From the NCBI GenBank assembly GCA_034530615.2, contig JAVRCV020000051.1, forward strand, positions 64,001-128,000: DNA of 64,000 bases. The letters are read 5' to 3'. This DNA comes from Aulosira sp. ZfuVER01. Its GTDB lineage: Bacteria; Cyanobacteriota; Cyanobacteriia; Cyanobacteriales; Nostocaceae. A program made the translations under genes and the position numbers. The notes under the pieces are model-generated. The model did not search any database and was not told the origin of the DNA. It saw nothing but the letters and a program-made list of their open reading frames with translations. Positions 1-10,739 of the stretch are shown piece after piece; position 1 is the first letter of the stretch; every line of letters starts with the position of its first letter.

Positions 1-1
1 C

Positions 2-157
2 TATGATGGCTTCAAAATTGTTAGCGATCGCAAAAGCTTATTATACCTCTATGGCTTAATGCTTGATTACAGCGATGCCATGATTGGCGGCGGCTTTCAA
101 TTCACTAATCCCAACGCTAACCAAACCTGTGGTTGCGGAAAGTCATTTGGAGTGTAA
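2..157 (+). CDS. iscA: HesB/IscA family Fe-S cluster assembly protein (3' part, runs off window start)
   Basis: Manual translation [52 protein letters not shown]-terminal CGCGxSF signature. Confidence 0.9.
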   Translation, partial: YDGFKIVSDRKSLLYLYGLMLDYSDAMIGGGFQFTNPNANQTCGCGKSFGV

Positions 158-193
158 GATTGTCCTTTGTCAGGGGTCAGTTGTTAAATTGCT

Positions 194-346
194 AATGACC
201 AATGACAAAGCGCAAAGTCGAGCCACTGTGTTGCGGGGGTTTCCTCCGTAGATGCGTTCGACGAGGTCGTTCTCGTAGAGTAGCGGCTTGCCGCAGGCAT
301 CAGAACTTTGTAAGACATGACAAATGACAAATGACTAATGACCAAT
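194..346. repeat. STRR heptamer tract (TGAC(C/A/T)AA) interrupted by nested small GC-rich palindromic repeats
   Basis: aatgaccaatgacaaa before and tgacaaatgacaaatgactaatgaccaatga after a GC-rich insert at ~220-301 that resembles 41507-41551 and the reverse complement of 21167-21200. Confidence 0.75.
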
Positions 347-767
347 GACTAATACGGTTGAATCCCTGTTTGATACAGGTTTAGAACGCTATAAAGCTGG
401 GGAAAGTGCAGCTTCTTTAATTCCTGTTTTTAAAGAAGTATGCGATCGCGCTCCTAAAAGCAGTTCTGCTTGGACTTGTTTGGCTTGGTTGTATCTGCTG
501 GATAACAAAGGCAACTTAGCTTATAAAGCCGCACAGAAAGCAGTAAAGCTCAATCCCCAAGACCCACAAGCCAGAATTAATCTTGCCGTCGCCATGCTGG
601 AAACCGGGCAAAAAGGTTTGCGGGAACACATCGATTTCGCCCAACAGTTAATTTTTGTAAATCAAGAATGGGAAGACGAAATCAAAAACAGCATTGCAGA
701 CGGTTTAACTAGAAAACCAGATTGGCAGAGTTTGGCAAAAGTCAAAGGCTGGCTGTTTGACGCTTAA
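345..767 (+). CDS. Tetratricopeptide repeat protein
   Basis: TPR-like helix pair AWTCLAWLYL...AQKAVKLNPQDPQARINLA. Confidence 0.8.
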   Translation: MTNTVESLFDTGLERYKAGESAASLIPVFKEVCDRAPKSSSAWTCLAWLYLLDNKGNLAYKAAQKAVKLNPQDPQARINLAVAMLETGQKGLREHIDFAQQLIFVNQEWEDEIKNSIADGLTRKPDWQSLAKVKGWLFDA

Positions 768-869
768 ATGGTAATAGAGTTAGTTGTCACTAGCTAGAAA
801 CAAAGGACAACTAACTATTACCCTAACCAGCAATTTGCAGTTTTAAAGAATTTGACAACACGACAGTTG

Positions 870-1112
870 ATGAAAGAGAAATTTTTAGGCTGGCTCAACT
901 TTATTTTAGTTGCAGATGTATTTCTGGTTTTGTTTGGCTTTGGCTGGTTTGCGATCGCAGTAATTGGTGATGCCTCAGGTATAAATTTAGGACTAGATTT
1001 ATGGCATACACTGTGGCAACCTGTGTTTAACCCAGCCATTGGTATTCTCATGGGGGGCGCACTTCTCAGTGGTCTGATCAATTGGATTTCCCAAAAATTC
1101 CAGGCTGATTAG
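870..1112 (+). CDS. Small membrane protein, hypothetical
   Basis: Two hydrophobic segments; ATG at 870 (MKEKFL) preferred over the TTG at 852. Confidence 0.7.
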   Translation: MKEKFLGWLNFILVADVFLVLFGFGWFAIAVIGDASGINLGLDLWHTLWQPVFNPAIGILMGGALLSGLINWISQKFQAD

Positions 1113-1127
1113 TCAATAAACCATGAC

Positions 1128-2048
1128 CTATTTCAAAATTTGTGTTAAAGCCGATCGCAAATTAGGATATTGGTACTCAAAGCCTGCTGCCATAGTGCGC
1201 TTGGGTAGAACTTGTTGACCTTCTAAAACTACTGTTGCCCCGTCTCCCAAGAGTGCTTCTAGGGCAAAAGCCGGGACTGGCAACCAGGAGGGGCGATTCA
1301 TGACTTTCCCCATAGTTTGGCTCAAATCTACCATCCGCACAGGGTTGGGAGCCGTAGCATTATATACACCTTCCATCCCTGGATTGGCTAAGGCTTGCAG
1401 AATCAGGTTAACTAAGTCGTCTAGGTGAATCCAAGAAAACCACTGCCGACCACTACCAATTGGCCCACCGGCAAATAGTTTGAAGGGAGGGATCATTTTA
1501 CCTAAAGCACCACCCATTCCTAGGATAATACCAAAACGCAGAATTACTAGTCGCACACTAGCATCTTTAACTTTGTTCGCTTCTGCTTCCCAAGCTTGAC
1601 AGACTTCGGCAAGGAAATCATTTCCAGACTGGCTGGTTTCATCGAAGGTAGCAGTTTCACTAGTGCCGTAGTAGCCGATAGCTGAAGCGTTGACTAACAC
1701 CTTTGGTTTAGGGTTAGCTTGTACTATTGCTTCTACAATTTTTTGTGTACCTAGCTTGCGGCTATTGAGAATTTTCTGTTTGTGTTCTGGTGTCCAGCGT
1801 TCCTCAGCGATGGGTTCACCGGCTAAGTTAACAACACCATCACAACCTGCAATCGCATCTTGCCAAGAACCCGATGTAGTAGGTTGATAGGCAACAATTT
1901 CTACATTAGGAAAAGCCTGAGAAGGAAAAGCTTTTTGGGCCAAGGCGGTGTTACGTGTTAACACCAACACGTTATTACCTTCCTTATGGAGTCGTTCTAC
2001 CAAACGGCTACCCACAAATCCTGTTGCTCCAGCAATTGCTACTTTCAT
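1128..2048 (-). CDS. thyD: TIGR01777 family NAD-dependent epimerase-like oxidoreductase (ThyD-like)
   Basis: GATGFVG Rossmann motif, VNLAGEPI, SAIGYYG, QWFSWIH; start at MKVAIAG. Confidence 0.85.
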   Translation of the reverse strand: MKVAIAGATGFVGSRLVERLHKEGNNVLVLTRNTALAQKAFPSQAFPNVEIVAYQPTTSGSWQDAIAGCDGVVNLAGEPIAEERWTPEHKQKILNSRKLGTQKIVEAIVQANPKPKVLVNASAIGYYGTSETATFDETSQSGNDFLAEVCQAWEAEANKVKDASVRLVILRFGIILGMGGALGKMIPPFKLFAGGPIGSGRQWFSWIHLDDLVNLILQALANPGMEGVYNATAPNPVRMVDLSQTMGKVMNRPSWLPVPAFALEALLGDGATVVLEGQQVLPKRTMAAGFEYQYPNLRSALTQILK

Positions 2049-2241
2049 GATGCACTCCTCGCCCAAACTTTTATTTTAAAGTTTTTTATCAGATTTTCTG
2101 CTTGTACCTCCTTCTTTTTTGGGTGAAAGAGATTTGATTCTACATTTTGCACTAGATTTCTTTAATGAATTTATAAAGACTTGCAGTTTACATACTTCGG
2201 TATTATAGGATGGACGGAGTGTTGCAAGGCGTGGGGCTATT

Positions 2242-2589
2242 ATGGCTCGCTATACCTGTTCATTTATTGTTTCTGTTCCTATTGAGCATCTTCAGCCGTT
2301 GCTTGTAGATCTGCTACAAGACTGTGATTTGGATGTTCAATACTACAAGTCCGATTACATTATGGCTCGTGAAGTTCCCGGTACTGTCCCTTTTTCCAAG
2401 CTTGTTAAGGTGGAAGTACTGATTGATAAATCAACAGCGACGGAAACAGAAACTCGGTTGAGTATTTTGGTTAAAAATGAGGAACTACCTCTCCAACTTG
2501 ATAATCACTGTCGACAAGTATTTGACTTTGTGAAGCAGGCGATTGAACATAGCCGCCATTGGCATCTGATTGAAAGTTTAGCAGGGTAA
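2242..2589 (+). CDS. Hypothetical protein
   Basis: 115-aa ORF with ATG and purine-rich upstream region; no motif recognised. Confidence 0.7.
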   Translation: MARYTCSFIVSVPIEHLQPLLVDLLQDCDLDVQYYKSDYIMAREVPGTVPFSKLVKVEVLIDKSTATETETRLSILVKNEELPLQLDNHCRQVFDFVKQAIEHSRHWHLIESLAG

Positions 2590-2800
2590 CTTTTGCTACT
2601 TTTATCTGGTTCGTCCATAGTCGCTAGCTAAATGGCAAAGCTAACTCAAGTCTTGACCATACAGCTTTGCCAGCAATGTTTTTTGTAAGAAATCACGACG
2701 ATATTAATTTCTTTAGCAAGATTTTGATGACGTTATATTTAACGACAAGCTACTAGCCTAGAAGTTCAATATTGATAGTAATTGTCTCTGCTCAATGTAG

Positions 2801-2832
2801 AAGGCTTGACTTTTCTTGAGCAAGCGCCTTTT
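2801..2832 (+). terminator. Hairpin followed by T-run
   Basis: aaggcttg...caagcgcctttt between convergent genes. Confidence 0.35.
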
Positions 2833-3018
2833 ATTTCATGATTTTAGCGATTTCCAAGCAATAAATTATTCAAAGGTTGGCCGCAAGCTACCACAAAAGG
2901 TGCATAGGCAATTTGGCGAAGCTTTGGCTTCCTACTAGGTAAGACACGAAGAGAAGAGGAATCTAAGGGTTTGTACGTCAGTGTTGGGTATTTTTTATTT
3001 GAAAGTCCCTTATTGCTT

Positions 3019-3522
3019 CTAGAGTTCCTCTATATCCTCGGTCATGCCAGGATTAATCAATGTAATATCATACTCACTAGCATCTGTATTACCCGAACGC
3101 TGGGTGTTACGTAGCAAGTAATAGATAGCACGTACCTGAGGCCCAAAAATAATTTCGTCTTCATTTCTCAGATCGTGGGACGGCATTTTGCGTCCATTAA
3201 TCATCAGACCGTTAGAACTGAGCTTGCCTTTAGCATCACCATCGACAATTCGATAATAATAGCTGTGACTATTCTGCTCTCGTGGTAATCTCACCAATGT
3301 GGCATGGCGGCGGGAGACAAACTGCGACACCAAACGGATATTGCACTCACGATCTCTACCGATGGAGTAGACGGGGTTTTCCAGAGTAAATTCCTTACGA
3401 CCTTGATCGTCTTCAATAATTAGAAGATGGCTTTCATTAGTCTCTGGTGCCATTGATGCATCGCTGCTAACATTGGTCGAACTGTGAGTTATCAAGCTTT
3501 GTTTAATATAGTTTCCTGCCAT
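3019..3522 (-). CDS. FHA domain protein
   Basis: SIGR, VSRRHA and SSNG motifs of the FHA domain. Confidence 0.9.
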   Translation of the reverse strand: MAGNYIKQSLITHSSTNVSSDASMAPETNESHLLIIEDDQGRKEFTLENPVYSIGRDRECNIRLVSQFVSRRHATLVRLPREQNSHSYYYRIVDGDAKGKLSSNGLMINGRKMPSHDLRNEDEIIFGPQVRAIYYLLRNTQRSGNTDASEYDITLINPGMTEDIEEL

Positions 3523-3582
3523 TCTTACGCACTACAGTCTTTGGTACTGCTCTAATAAGCATTAAATTGCATATTTCCCCAA

Positions 3583-3610
3583 AAGAGTAGAAAATGACTT
3601 TTCTACTCTT
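3583..3610. terminator. Perfect 12-bp stem-loop between the ATPase and FHA genes
   Basis: AAGAGTAGAAAA-tgac-TTTTCTACTCTT. Confidence 0.45.
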
Positions 3611-3737
3611 GTTAGTTTAACTTTTGGAAGATTCTCAACAGCCTTTGGTAGATGCTTAACTCCTGACTACGATTTTAGTTTGTCCAACAAGGATAGGAGC
3701 GAGATTGAGTTGAGAACTTAACCTCCAAGAGAAAAGT

Positions 3738-6188
3738 TTAGGGTCGATGAGCTAAACGCCGTAGTAAAACTGAATTACTAACAACACTAACTGAGCTAAA
3801 GGCCATTAATGCGGCGGCACCAGAGGGGCTAAGTATAAAACCCAAACTGGGTAACAAAACACCCGCTGCTAAGGGGATACCAATTGTATTATAAGCAAAA
3901 GCCCAGAATAAATTCTGACGGATTTTGTTGAAAGTGGCACGGCTAAGGTGAATTGCTTCTACAACGTCGCTAAGGCGATCGCGCATCAGCACAATAGCAG
4001 CAGTTTCCATTGCTACATCTGTGCCGGAGTATAAAGCAATTCCGACATCTGCTTGAGACAAAGCTGGAGCATCATTGATCCCATCTCCAACCATTGCGAC
4101 AACTGATGCCGATTTGGTTTGTAATTCTTGGATAGCGGCGGCTTTTTTACTGGGGGGAACACCAGCCATCACATCAGAACTATCTAACCCCAGTTGTTTA
4201 CCGATCGCGCTGGCTGCTTCTAAGCGATCGCCACTTAGCAGCATTACCCGGAAACCCATCTGAAGTAACCGATCTACTGTGGCTTGAGCATCTGGTCTGA
4301 GGGTATCACAAACGGCAATAATTCCCGTTAAATTCCCGTCTACCGCGACACAAACAACTGTTTTGCCTTCTGTCGCCAATCTTTGACTCAACTGTTGTGC
4401 AGTGTCGCTAATGGCAATTCCGTGCCAGCTTAACCATTCCCAATTACCCAGCAGTACATTAGCATTATCCACTACAGCAGATACACCAAGTCCTGGTTCT
4501 GTATGAAAGTCTACAGCTTCTGGAATGGCTAACTCTTGCCGCTGAGCTTCCTGTTGAATCGCTTTGGCGAGCGGATGGTATGTACCGCTTTCTACAGATG
4601 CGGCTAGTTGCAGGAGTGATTGGGGAGATTTTCCCTCTGTGCCCAATTCCCCAATCAGCAGGCAATCAGTCACAGTAGGATTACCTGTGGTTAATGTACC
4701 TGTTTTATCAAAGACAATCGTATCTAGCTGGTGTACCCGTTCTAAAACGTCGCCACCTTTAATTAGTAGACCCCGTTCCGCACCCAAGCCAGTACCTACG
4801 AGAATGGCTGTTGGTGTAGCTAGCCCCAAAGCACAAGGACAAGCGACTACCATAACTGCGATCGCTAATTTTAAGCTGATGAGCAGTGGCGAGTGATGAA
4901 GGCTAAGTGATGAGTGATGAACACTATGAGATGTATGGCTCATAATGTCCATGCCGCCTGATATGGTGAGATCTGGCCAGATATGTGTACCGAAAAAGTA
5001 CCAAAAGATAAATGTTAAGAAGGCTGCTGTTAAGACTCCGTAGGTAAAGTAACCAGCAACTGTATCTGCTAATTTCTGAACAGGTGCTTTACGGGTTTGG
5101 GCATCTTCTACCAGGGCAACAATATGAGCTAAAGTTGTATCGCTGCCTGTACGGGTTGCCTGAATAGCGATCGCTCCCGATTGGTTAAGAGTACCTGCTG
5201 TTACTATATCCCCCGGTTGTTTAATTACAGGTACGGATTCCCCAGTCAGCATCGACTCATCCACCGTGGTTTGCCCCAAGCGAACTTCACCATCAACAGG
5301 GACTTTATCACCAGGTAGTATCTTTAACCATTCACCAACTCGTACCTGTTCTGCGGGAATCTCGATGCTAGCTGACCCGATAACGGCATCTTGGCTAGGG
5401 TGCGAACCGTTTCCATCATTCACTTGCCCAATTTTCTCTGGGTTAGCAATCAATCGTGCCACCTGTGGCTGTAGTGCTAGCAGTTGCCTAAATGCTGCGG
5501 CGGCCTTTCCTCTAGCTTGTTGCTCTAATGTCCGTCCCAGTAGAATAAAGCCCAACATCATCACTGGTTCATCAAAGAAGCACTCCCAACCCATTTGGGG
5601 GAATAGTAGCGCCACCAAACTAGCCGTATAGGCTGTGAGAGTTCCCAATCCTATCAGGGTATTCATATTGGGGGCATTTCGCCGCCAGCCTAGCCAACCA
5701 TCAACTAAAATCGGGCGACCTGGAACTAGGATAGCCAATGTTGCCAGTCCACAGTGGAACCAGATGTTATTTAACAATGGCAATGTTAAGCCGCTAATAG
5801 TAGCAAAATGTCCAATTCCAGATAAGACTAGCAGCACCCCAGCAATTACCAACTGCTTGAGATAAGAGCGCATTTCTTGTTGCTGTCGGGTTTGGGAGTC
5901 TTCTCTAGCAGCTATCTCACCTGCGGCTGTTCGGGGCTGAGTGGGAAAGCCGTTGGCGGTCAAATGCTTTGCCAGTAACTCTGCATCGACCGCACCAGCT
6001 TCTAACTCTACAACTGCTACCTCTGTTGCCAGGTTCACACAGGCATTCTTAACCCCTGGCTGTTGGGTTAGCTGTCTTTCTACTGCTTTTACACATCCAG
6101 CACACTTCATGCCCCCAACATCCAGAATTATTTTCTCTGTAATTGGGATCGGTTCTGGCGCGATCTGAGTTTTGGGAACAAGTTGCAT
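3738..6188 (-). CDS. ctaA: Cu(I)-type P1B heavy-metal ATPase (CtaA-like)
   Basis: N-terminal GMKCAGC metal-binding domain, TGES, CPC, DKTGT, HP, GDGIND, YN...MxxSS. Confidence 0.85.
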   Translation of the reverse strand: MQLVPKTQIAPEPIPITEKIILDVGGMKCAGCVKAVERQLTQQPGVKNACVNLATEVAVVELEAGAVDAELLAKHLTANGFPTQPRTAAGEIAAREDSQTRQQQEMRSYLKQLVIAGVLLVLSGIGHFATISGLTLPLLNNIWFHCGLATLAILVPGRPILVDGWLGWRRNAPNMNTLIGLGTLTAYTASLVALLFPQMGWECFFDEPVMMLGFILLGRTLEQQARGKAAAAFRQLLALQPQVARLIANPEKIGQVNDGNGSHPSQDAVIGSASIEIPAEQVRVGEWLKILPGDKVPVDGEVRLGQTTVDESMLTGESVPVIKQPGDIVTAGTLNQSGAIAIQATRTGSDTTLAHIVALVEDAQTRKAPVQKLADTVAGYFTYGVLTAAFLTFIFWYFFGTHIWPDLTISGGMDIMSHTSHSVHHSSLSLHHSPLLISLKLAIAVMVVACPCALGLATPTAILVGTGLGAERGLLIKGGDVLERVHQLDTIVFDKTGTLTTGNPTVTDCLLIGELGTEGKSPQSLLQLAASVESGTYHPLAKAIQQEAQRQELAIPEAVDFHTEPGLGVSAVVDNANVLLGNWEWLSWHGIAISDTAQQLSQRLATEGKTVVCVAVDGNLTGIIAVCDTLRPDAQATVDRLLQMGFRVMLLSGDRLEAASAIGKQLGLDSSDVMAGVPPSKKAAAIQELQTKSASVVAMVGDGINDAPALSQADVGIALYSGTDVAMETAAIVLMRDRLSDVVEAIHLSRATFNKIRQNLFWAFAYNTIGIPLAAGVLLPSLGFILSPSGAAALMAFSSVSVVSNSVLLRRLAHRP

Positions 6189-6318
6189 GGCAAGAGTTTA
6201 GTTAGATTCGCTTCAAAAATATGACGCTCGACGAAAAGCGCCCTAATTTGAGGGTAGCGAAATCTGGAACTAAGACTACATGTCAAACATATTAAATTCT
6301 CAATTTCTTTAGCTCTAA

Positions 6319-6504
6319 TCAGTAGTGACGACGACAAGAGCGTTGATGAGAGATGTAAATCAATGCTCCAACCTGCATAGGGAGAATGGAAATCAGGCTT
6401 TTCCAGAAATAATTGATTTCTAAATTAGACATAGCACTGAAATACCCCACACCTATTAGCAAACACAAAACCAAGGTAAGCTTTTGATTTTTGAGGATTA
6501 GCAT
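6319..6504 (-). CDS. Small two-helix membrane protein, hypothetical
   Basis: 61-aa ORF with two hydrophobic stretches, co-oriented with its neighbours. Confidence 0.5.
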   Translation of the reverse strand: MLILKNQKLTLVLCLLIGVGYFSAMSNLEINYFWKSLISILPMQVGALIYISHQRSCRRHY

Positions 6505-6579
6505 ATCAGTAGATATAAATTGCCAGAATGCCGCTATGATACATAGCCTAAAATAGAACTTAAATTGAGAGAGAAACTT

Positions 6580-6855
6580 TTAAAACCAGCCCTGCTTCTT
6601 GACGAAGTAAGTATCTACGAATTCTTCGTGGGGCTTGTTTAAGTAAATCATGCCTTCAATCAAACCTACAAGTTGCATAATTAACAAACTAAACCCGTAA
6701 GTAAAAGTGCCCCCAACTACAGAAATAACTAGCATAATAAAGCCTTCTGGGGCGTATCCTAAAACAAATTTATGAACGCCAAAACCTCCGAAAATAATCC
6801 CACAGTAACCAGCCATAAGTTGTTTGGTTGTTTGACTGGAGTTTAGATTTGCCAT
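6580..6855 (-). CDS. TM2/NINE domain protein
   Basis: GIIFGGFGVHKFVLG and GLIEGMIYL motifs; RBS-like GGAG upstream. Confidence 0.85.
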   Translation of the reverse strand: MANLNSSQTTKQLMAGYCGIIFGGFGVHKFVLGYAPEGFIMLVISVVGGTFTYGFSLLIMQLVGLIEGMIYLNKPHEEFVDTYFVKKQGWF

Positions 6856-7660
6856 ATTGAGTAGTACTCCTGGATAAATAGGGGGTAATTTTAAATGATT
6901 GTTTCAGAAAATAAGTAAATATATTTACCTCATAAATATATTTTTACTTTTCCCAATGAAAAAGCAATTTCCTAGGTAAATAGCCACAACCAATGTGTCA
7001 CGTTTCTATAGGAAACGCCATCACAATTGCATATAGAAGGTTATTTGCTATTGCCTGAAACTATAGAGCTATGCTTAAATATTTGGATCTTTGGACGACA
7101 TATTTCCGCACATTAGAGACTTGCAGCTTTTCAAGTGAGACATTTCTCTTGAGAAGAATTCACTTTTAATTATCAGCAAATACTCTTATGCTGGAATAAC
7201 CCTTTCTACAAGTCCATAAGTTTTATGTCCGGACTTTTTTGATATGGCTGCAAAGATCGAGACATATTTTGTGGACAGTACCAATACAGGCATTGTTCCA
7301 CAGAATAGAAACAGATTTTGCTTTGATAAAAGTGCAAATTAGTAGCATTTTGAGAAACCCCATCAATGGCTGCTAGACAATTTCCCAAACGTTCCCAGTA
7401 AAGAAAAGCTTGAGAAAGCAATCTACATCTTGCAAAGGTTTAAAATTACCCAGCCAAGATGAAAAGCTGATAGAGATTTTGCTATGTATTTCTCGGTATT
7501 GCGAGAGTGACTTTCGCACTCAGCAATATTTACCCCGAAGCTAGCATTTACTCATGCTTACTGCTATTTATAAACATTAAACTCTTGCCATATATTATTG
7601 CCATATATGGAGATAAAAGCAAATATTTTGATTTTTTGGCAACCGTAATTTTACTTATAT

Positions 7661-9235
7661 TTAGTTACCGCTACCGAGGATAAATAAACTGAGTAAAGTA
7701 CCACTATTCCAAAGACTATGCAAAAGCATAGGAGCAAGTAGATTACGCGATCGCGTGTAGACTACTCCCAAAACGATCCCCAAGGCAGTCAGTGGTAAAA
7801 TTTCCGACAAGCTCAGGTGAGCAGCAGCAAAGAGCAGGCTACTGGTAAGAATGGCAGCCCAAACGGGTAGGTAACGAGTGATGGATGGCAACAAAAAGCC
7901 GCGAAACAGAATTTCTTCAAAAAACGGTGCGGCGATCGCAGCTGTTAAGAAAAATATACCCAATGCGATGGAATCTTGACTTTCCAATGCCAGCTGCAAC
8001 AAGGGATTACTACCACCTTGTCCTTGCCATAGTTGTTGATTAATCAAAGACACCACAACGACTATCGGTAAAGCGGCACAATAGCCACCTAGTCCCCACA
8101 AAAACCACTTACCTTGAAAATTGAAGCGAAACCAGAATTCTGGCAAGGGGAAAAAGCGCTTGATTGAGAAATACAGTACTAATAGGGCACCTGATGCTAC
8201 TAAAAGGTAACGCAGCAAGACTGAAAAAGCCTGAAAACGTACATTACCACCAGCCAGCGAGATAGGGAGCAGAGACAATAACAGGGGTACAAACAGTTGT
8301 CCCATCAAGAAAAAACCGAGAATAAAAACCTGTAAAATCGTTTCACCACCCCAAGGTGTTGACCAGGGTACATCAGCATTCTGAGCCAGTAAGGCAGCTT
8401 TTCCCTTGACCAAACCTTGAGCAAACACAGCAATTAACAGTATGATACCGATCAAAGCTGCCAAGGTCGGGACAATGCCAATCACTGCTAATTTAATTAC
8501 AGCTTGGGCAGCAGCTTGTTGTTGTGTAGCTTGAACTGCTGATAATGCTTCTGGACGTTGCTGGAGTTTGTAGAGTTGCACCAGTGCAGTAGCACGAAAC
8601 CAACCTTCTAAATTTTTTTGAATCAACTGTTGGGCATTTGGTAGCAAGCGAGGAGGATTACTCCATAAACCAATTAACACAGTAGATGTTTCTGGAAATT
8701 CAGGATTGATATCTGAGCGTTGCTGTAAATCCGTCCACGTCTCCAGTGCTAAATCTGTCTTTCCTTGCTGTGCTTGTAACACTCCTAGGCGTAAGTCCAA
8801 TTCAGCTAATAACTTTTGCAGCTGGTTGATAGACTGCTGCAACTGTCGCTGCTGTTGACTAGCGGGATTTTCAGATGGACGAGTTTCTGGTAAGGGTTTA
8901 GGAGGTGCAGGAGTATTAACTGGTTGAGAGCGCAGTTTTGCCAGTTGATTTTTGGCTTTATCCAAATTGGTTTGCACCGATTTCCGCGCTTCTTGATATT
9001 GCTTGACAGCGTTATCCAGAGGTTGATCGCCAACAATGGCATCCCTAACTACCTGGAAATTCTCGTCTTTGTTATCTTCTGGTTGCCAAGCTTGCGCTTG
9101 CAGCGCAATATTTGTTTGATAAAGTTCCAGGCGACTTTGGAACTGCGGTTCCTGCCAACTACTAAATAAAGACAAGCCGGACAACACCAACGAAATCAGT
9201 GTTAGTCCAATTAAACCCAACCGTTTGATGGTCAT
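7661..9235 (-). CDS. CPBP (Abi/CAAX) family intramembrane protease with N-terminal coiled-coil region
   Basis: EEILFRG, FAAAH and HSLWN motifs. Confidence 0.9.
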   Translation of the reverse strand: MTIKRLGLIGLTLISLVLSGLSLFSSWQEPQFQSRLELYQTNIALQAQAWQPEDNKDENFQVVRDAIVGDQPLDNAVKQYQEARKSVQTNLDKAKNQLAKLRSQPVNTPAPPKPLPETRPSENPASQQQRQLQQSINQLQKLLAELDLRLGVLQAQQGKTDLALETWTDLQQRSDINPEFPETSTVLIGLWSNPPRLLPNAQQLIQKNLEGWFRATALVQLYKLQQRPEALSAVQATQQQAAAQAVIKLAVIGIVPTLAALIGIILLIAVFAQGLVKGKAALLAQNADVPWSTPWGGETILQVFILGFFLMGQLFVPLLLSLLPISLAGGNVRFQAFSVLLRYLLVASGALLVLYFSIKRFFPLPEFWFRFNFQGKWFLWGLGGYCAALPIVVVVSLINQQLWQGQGGSNPLLQLALESQDSIALGIFFLTAAIAAPFFEEILFRGFLLPSITRYLPVWAAILTSSLLFAAAHLSLSEILPLTALGIVLGVVYTRSRNLLAPMLLHSLWNSGTLLSLFILGSGN

Positions 9236-9658
9236 CTATCTTCCCTTGACTAACCAGTTTGGAGCGTATGCCCCTTGGGAATTATCGCAAGAAAAAGCAG
9301 GAGGTGGGTAGGTTTCGGGATTGAGTATTTATACGTTAGATAAAAGCGGGCGTTTTTTTCCTATGCTTCAAGACGGTGAGATTGAAGGGAATGAGCTTCT
9401 CCGCCGTCTTTTTGTGATATTGATCGCGCAAATTTAGTAGCTATTTTGTTCACAGATATTTCATATATATCACGTTTAATTTGAATTAAATGATACTTTA
9501 TCAGAATTTTTTACTTAAGTAATTATTATAAAGATTGTATAAAAAACACAAACTCAAGTATCAATACTGGTAATGTTTGGAATAAATTAGTGATTCTCAC
9601 TAAGTCTTTTTATACAAAAAAATAAATCATACGGACAGAGGAATTAACTAGAATTTTT

Positions 9659-10714
9659 ATGTTTAACTATTTACGTAGTTACTTTTATTTACGCAATACG
9701 AAAAAAATACTGTCACGAAAAGCTTGGATAATTCTGGGAAAATTTGGCTTGATCGCTGCCTGTGACATAATTTTTGTATTCACGATCGCAGTTTATGAAG
9801 CTTCAGCTACCCGGATCAGCCTCATTAATCCAAGCGAGTCTACTTGTATTAAAGGTAAAGATGCTTGCATCAAGAAAATCAGTAAAGATACTCTTAAAGA
9901 GGATGAAGAAATAGATACATTTTTGCGGATTGAATCTTTACCTGAGACTTCAACAAAAGAAGGCTACAACACAGATGCATCTTTAATTAAATCTCGCGAT
10001 CGCGAAAAACAGCGATGGTCTCATTCGTTAAAGTTAAGTGATGTGCCAATAGTCAATATCGGTGGTACAGATTATCGTGAATTTATCTTAACTATCAACG
10101 AGCCAGAGAAAACAAAGGCAAATCCCAACTTACCAGAGATTGAACTGAAGAAGTTACAGATTTTCTTGGGCAAAGCACCAAATCTAATTAATTACCCAAC
10201 TTTTGATGGTCATGCTACCAAAACTTTCGATCTCGAGCAAAATTCAGTTTTGCTTCAAGATATAAACTCTGAGCATGGTAAGCATGATTACTTGGTGTAT
10301 ATTAGCGACAGTTTTTTTACAAAGGGTAATAAAGGTGACAAGAAATATGTTTATCTATTTTCTCAATTCACTGATGCTGAAGGTGGAATTGTAGAATGGG
10401 CAGTGAGGAAGTTAGATAAAGGAGCTATATTACCCACTATCCCAGCAGGCGGATCGGCGGGAGCAGCAGAAGGTATATTAGGTAGTTTAATTCCCTTCTT
10501 CGGATTGTCACAAGTTTTGGGTGGAGGTGGATCTCCTAGCAATCACCAGAATTTGATTGATGGTAGAACTGGAGTAATTACACCAAACTTAGCAAAACCA
10601 TCAAGCGAAGTTCCCGAACCAACAACTGTGTTAGCTTCTTTGATCGGTATTAGTTTCCTCGCTACAGGAAGGTCAAAAATAAATTCAAAATTCAAAATTA
10701 AGAAACATTCTTGA
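9659..10714 (+). CDS. PEP-CTERM sorting domain protein
   Basis: N-terminal hydrophobic segment; C-terminal VPEPTTVLASLIGISFLA plus basic tail; start uncertain. Confidence 0.75.
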   Translation: MFNYLRSYFYLRNTKKILSRKAWIILGKFGLIAACDIIFVFTIAVYEASATRISLINPSESTCIKGKDACIKKISKDTLKEDEEIDTFLRIESLPETSTKEGYNTDASLIKSRDREKQRWSHSLKLSDVPIVNIGGTDYREFILTINEPEKTKANPNLPEIELKKLQIFLGKAPNLINYPTFDGHATKTFDLEQNSVLLQDINSEHGKHDYLVYISDSFFTKGNKGDKKYVYLFSQFTDAEGGIVEWAVRKLDKGAILPTIPAGGSAGAAEGILGSLIPFFGLSQVLGGGGSPSNHQNLIDGRTGVITPNLAKPSSEVPEPTTVLASLIGISFLATGRSKINSKFKIKKHS

Positions 10715-10739
10715 CCCTTGACTCTTGTCTGTTTTGCGC

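Noticed and set aside
7206..7421. 71-aa ORF in a long spacer
   Set aside because: TTG start and no recognisable motif; cannot be supported without a homology search, though it is not excluded.
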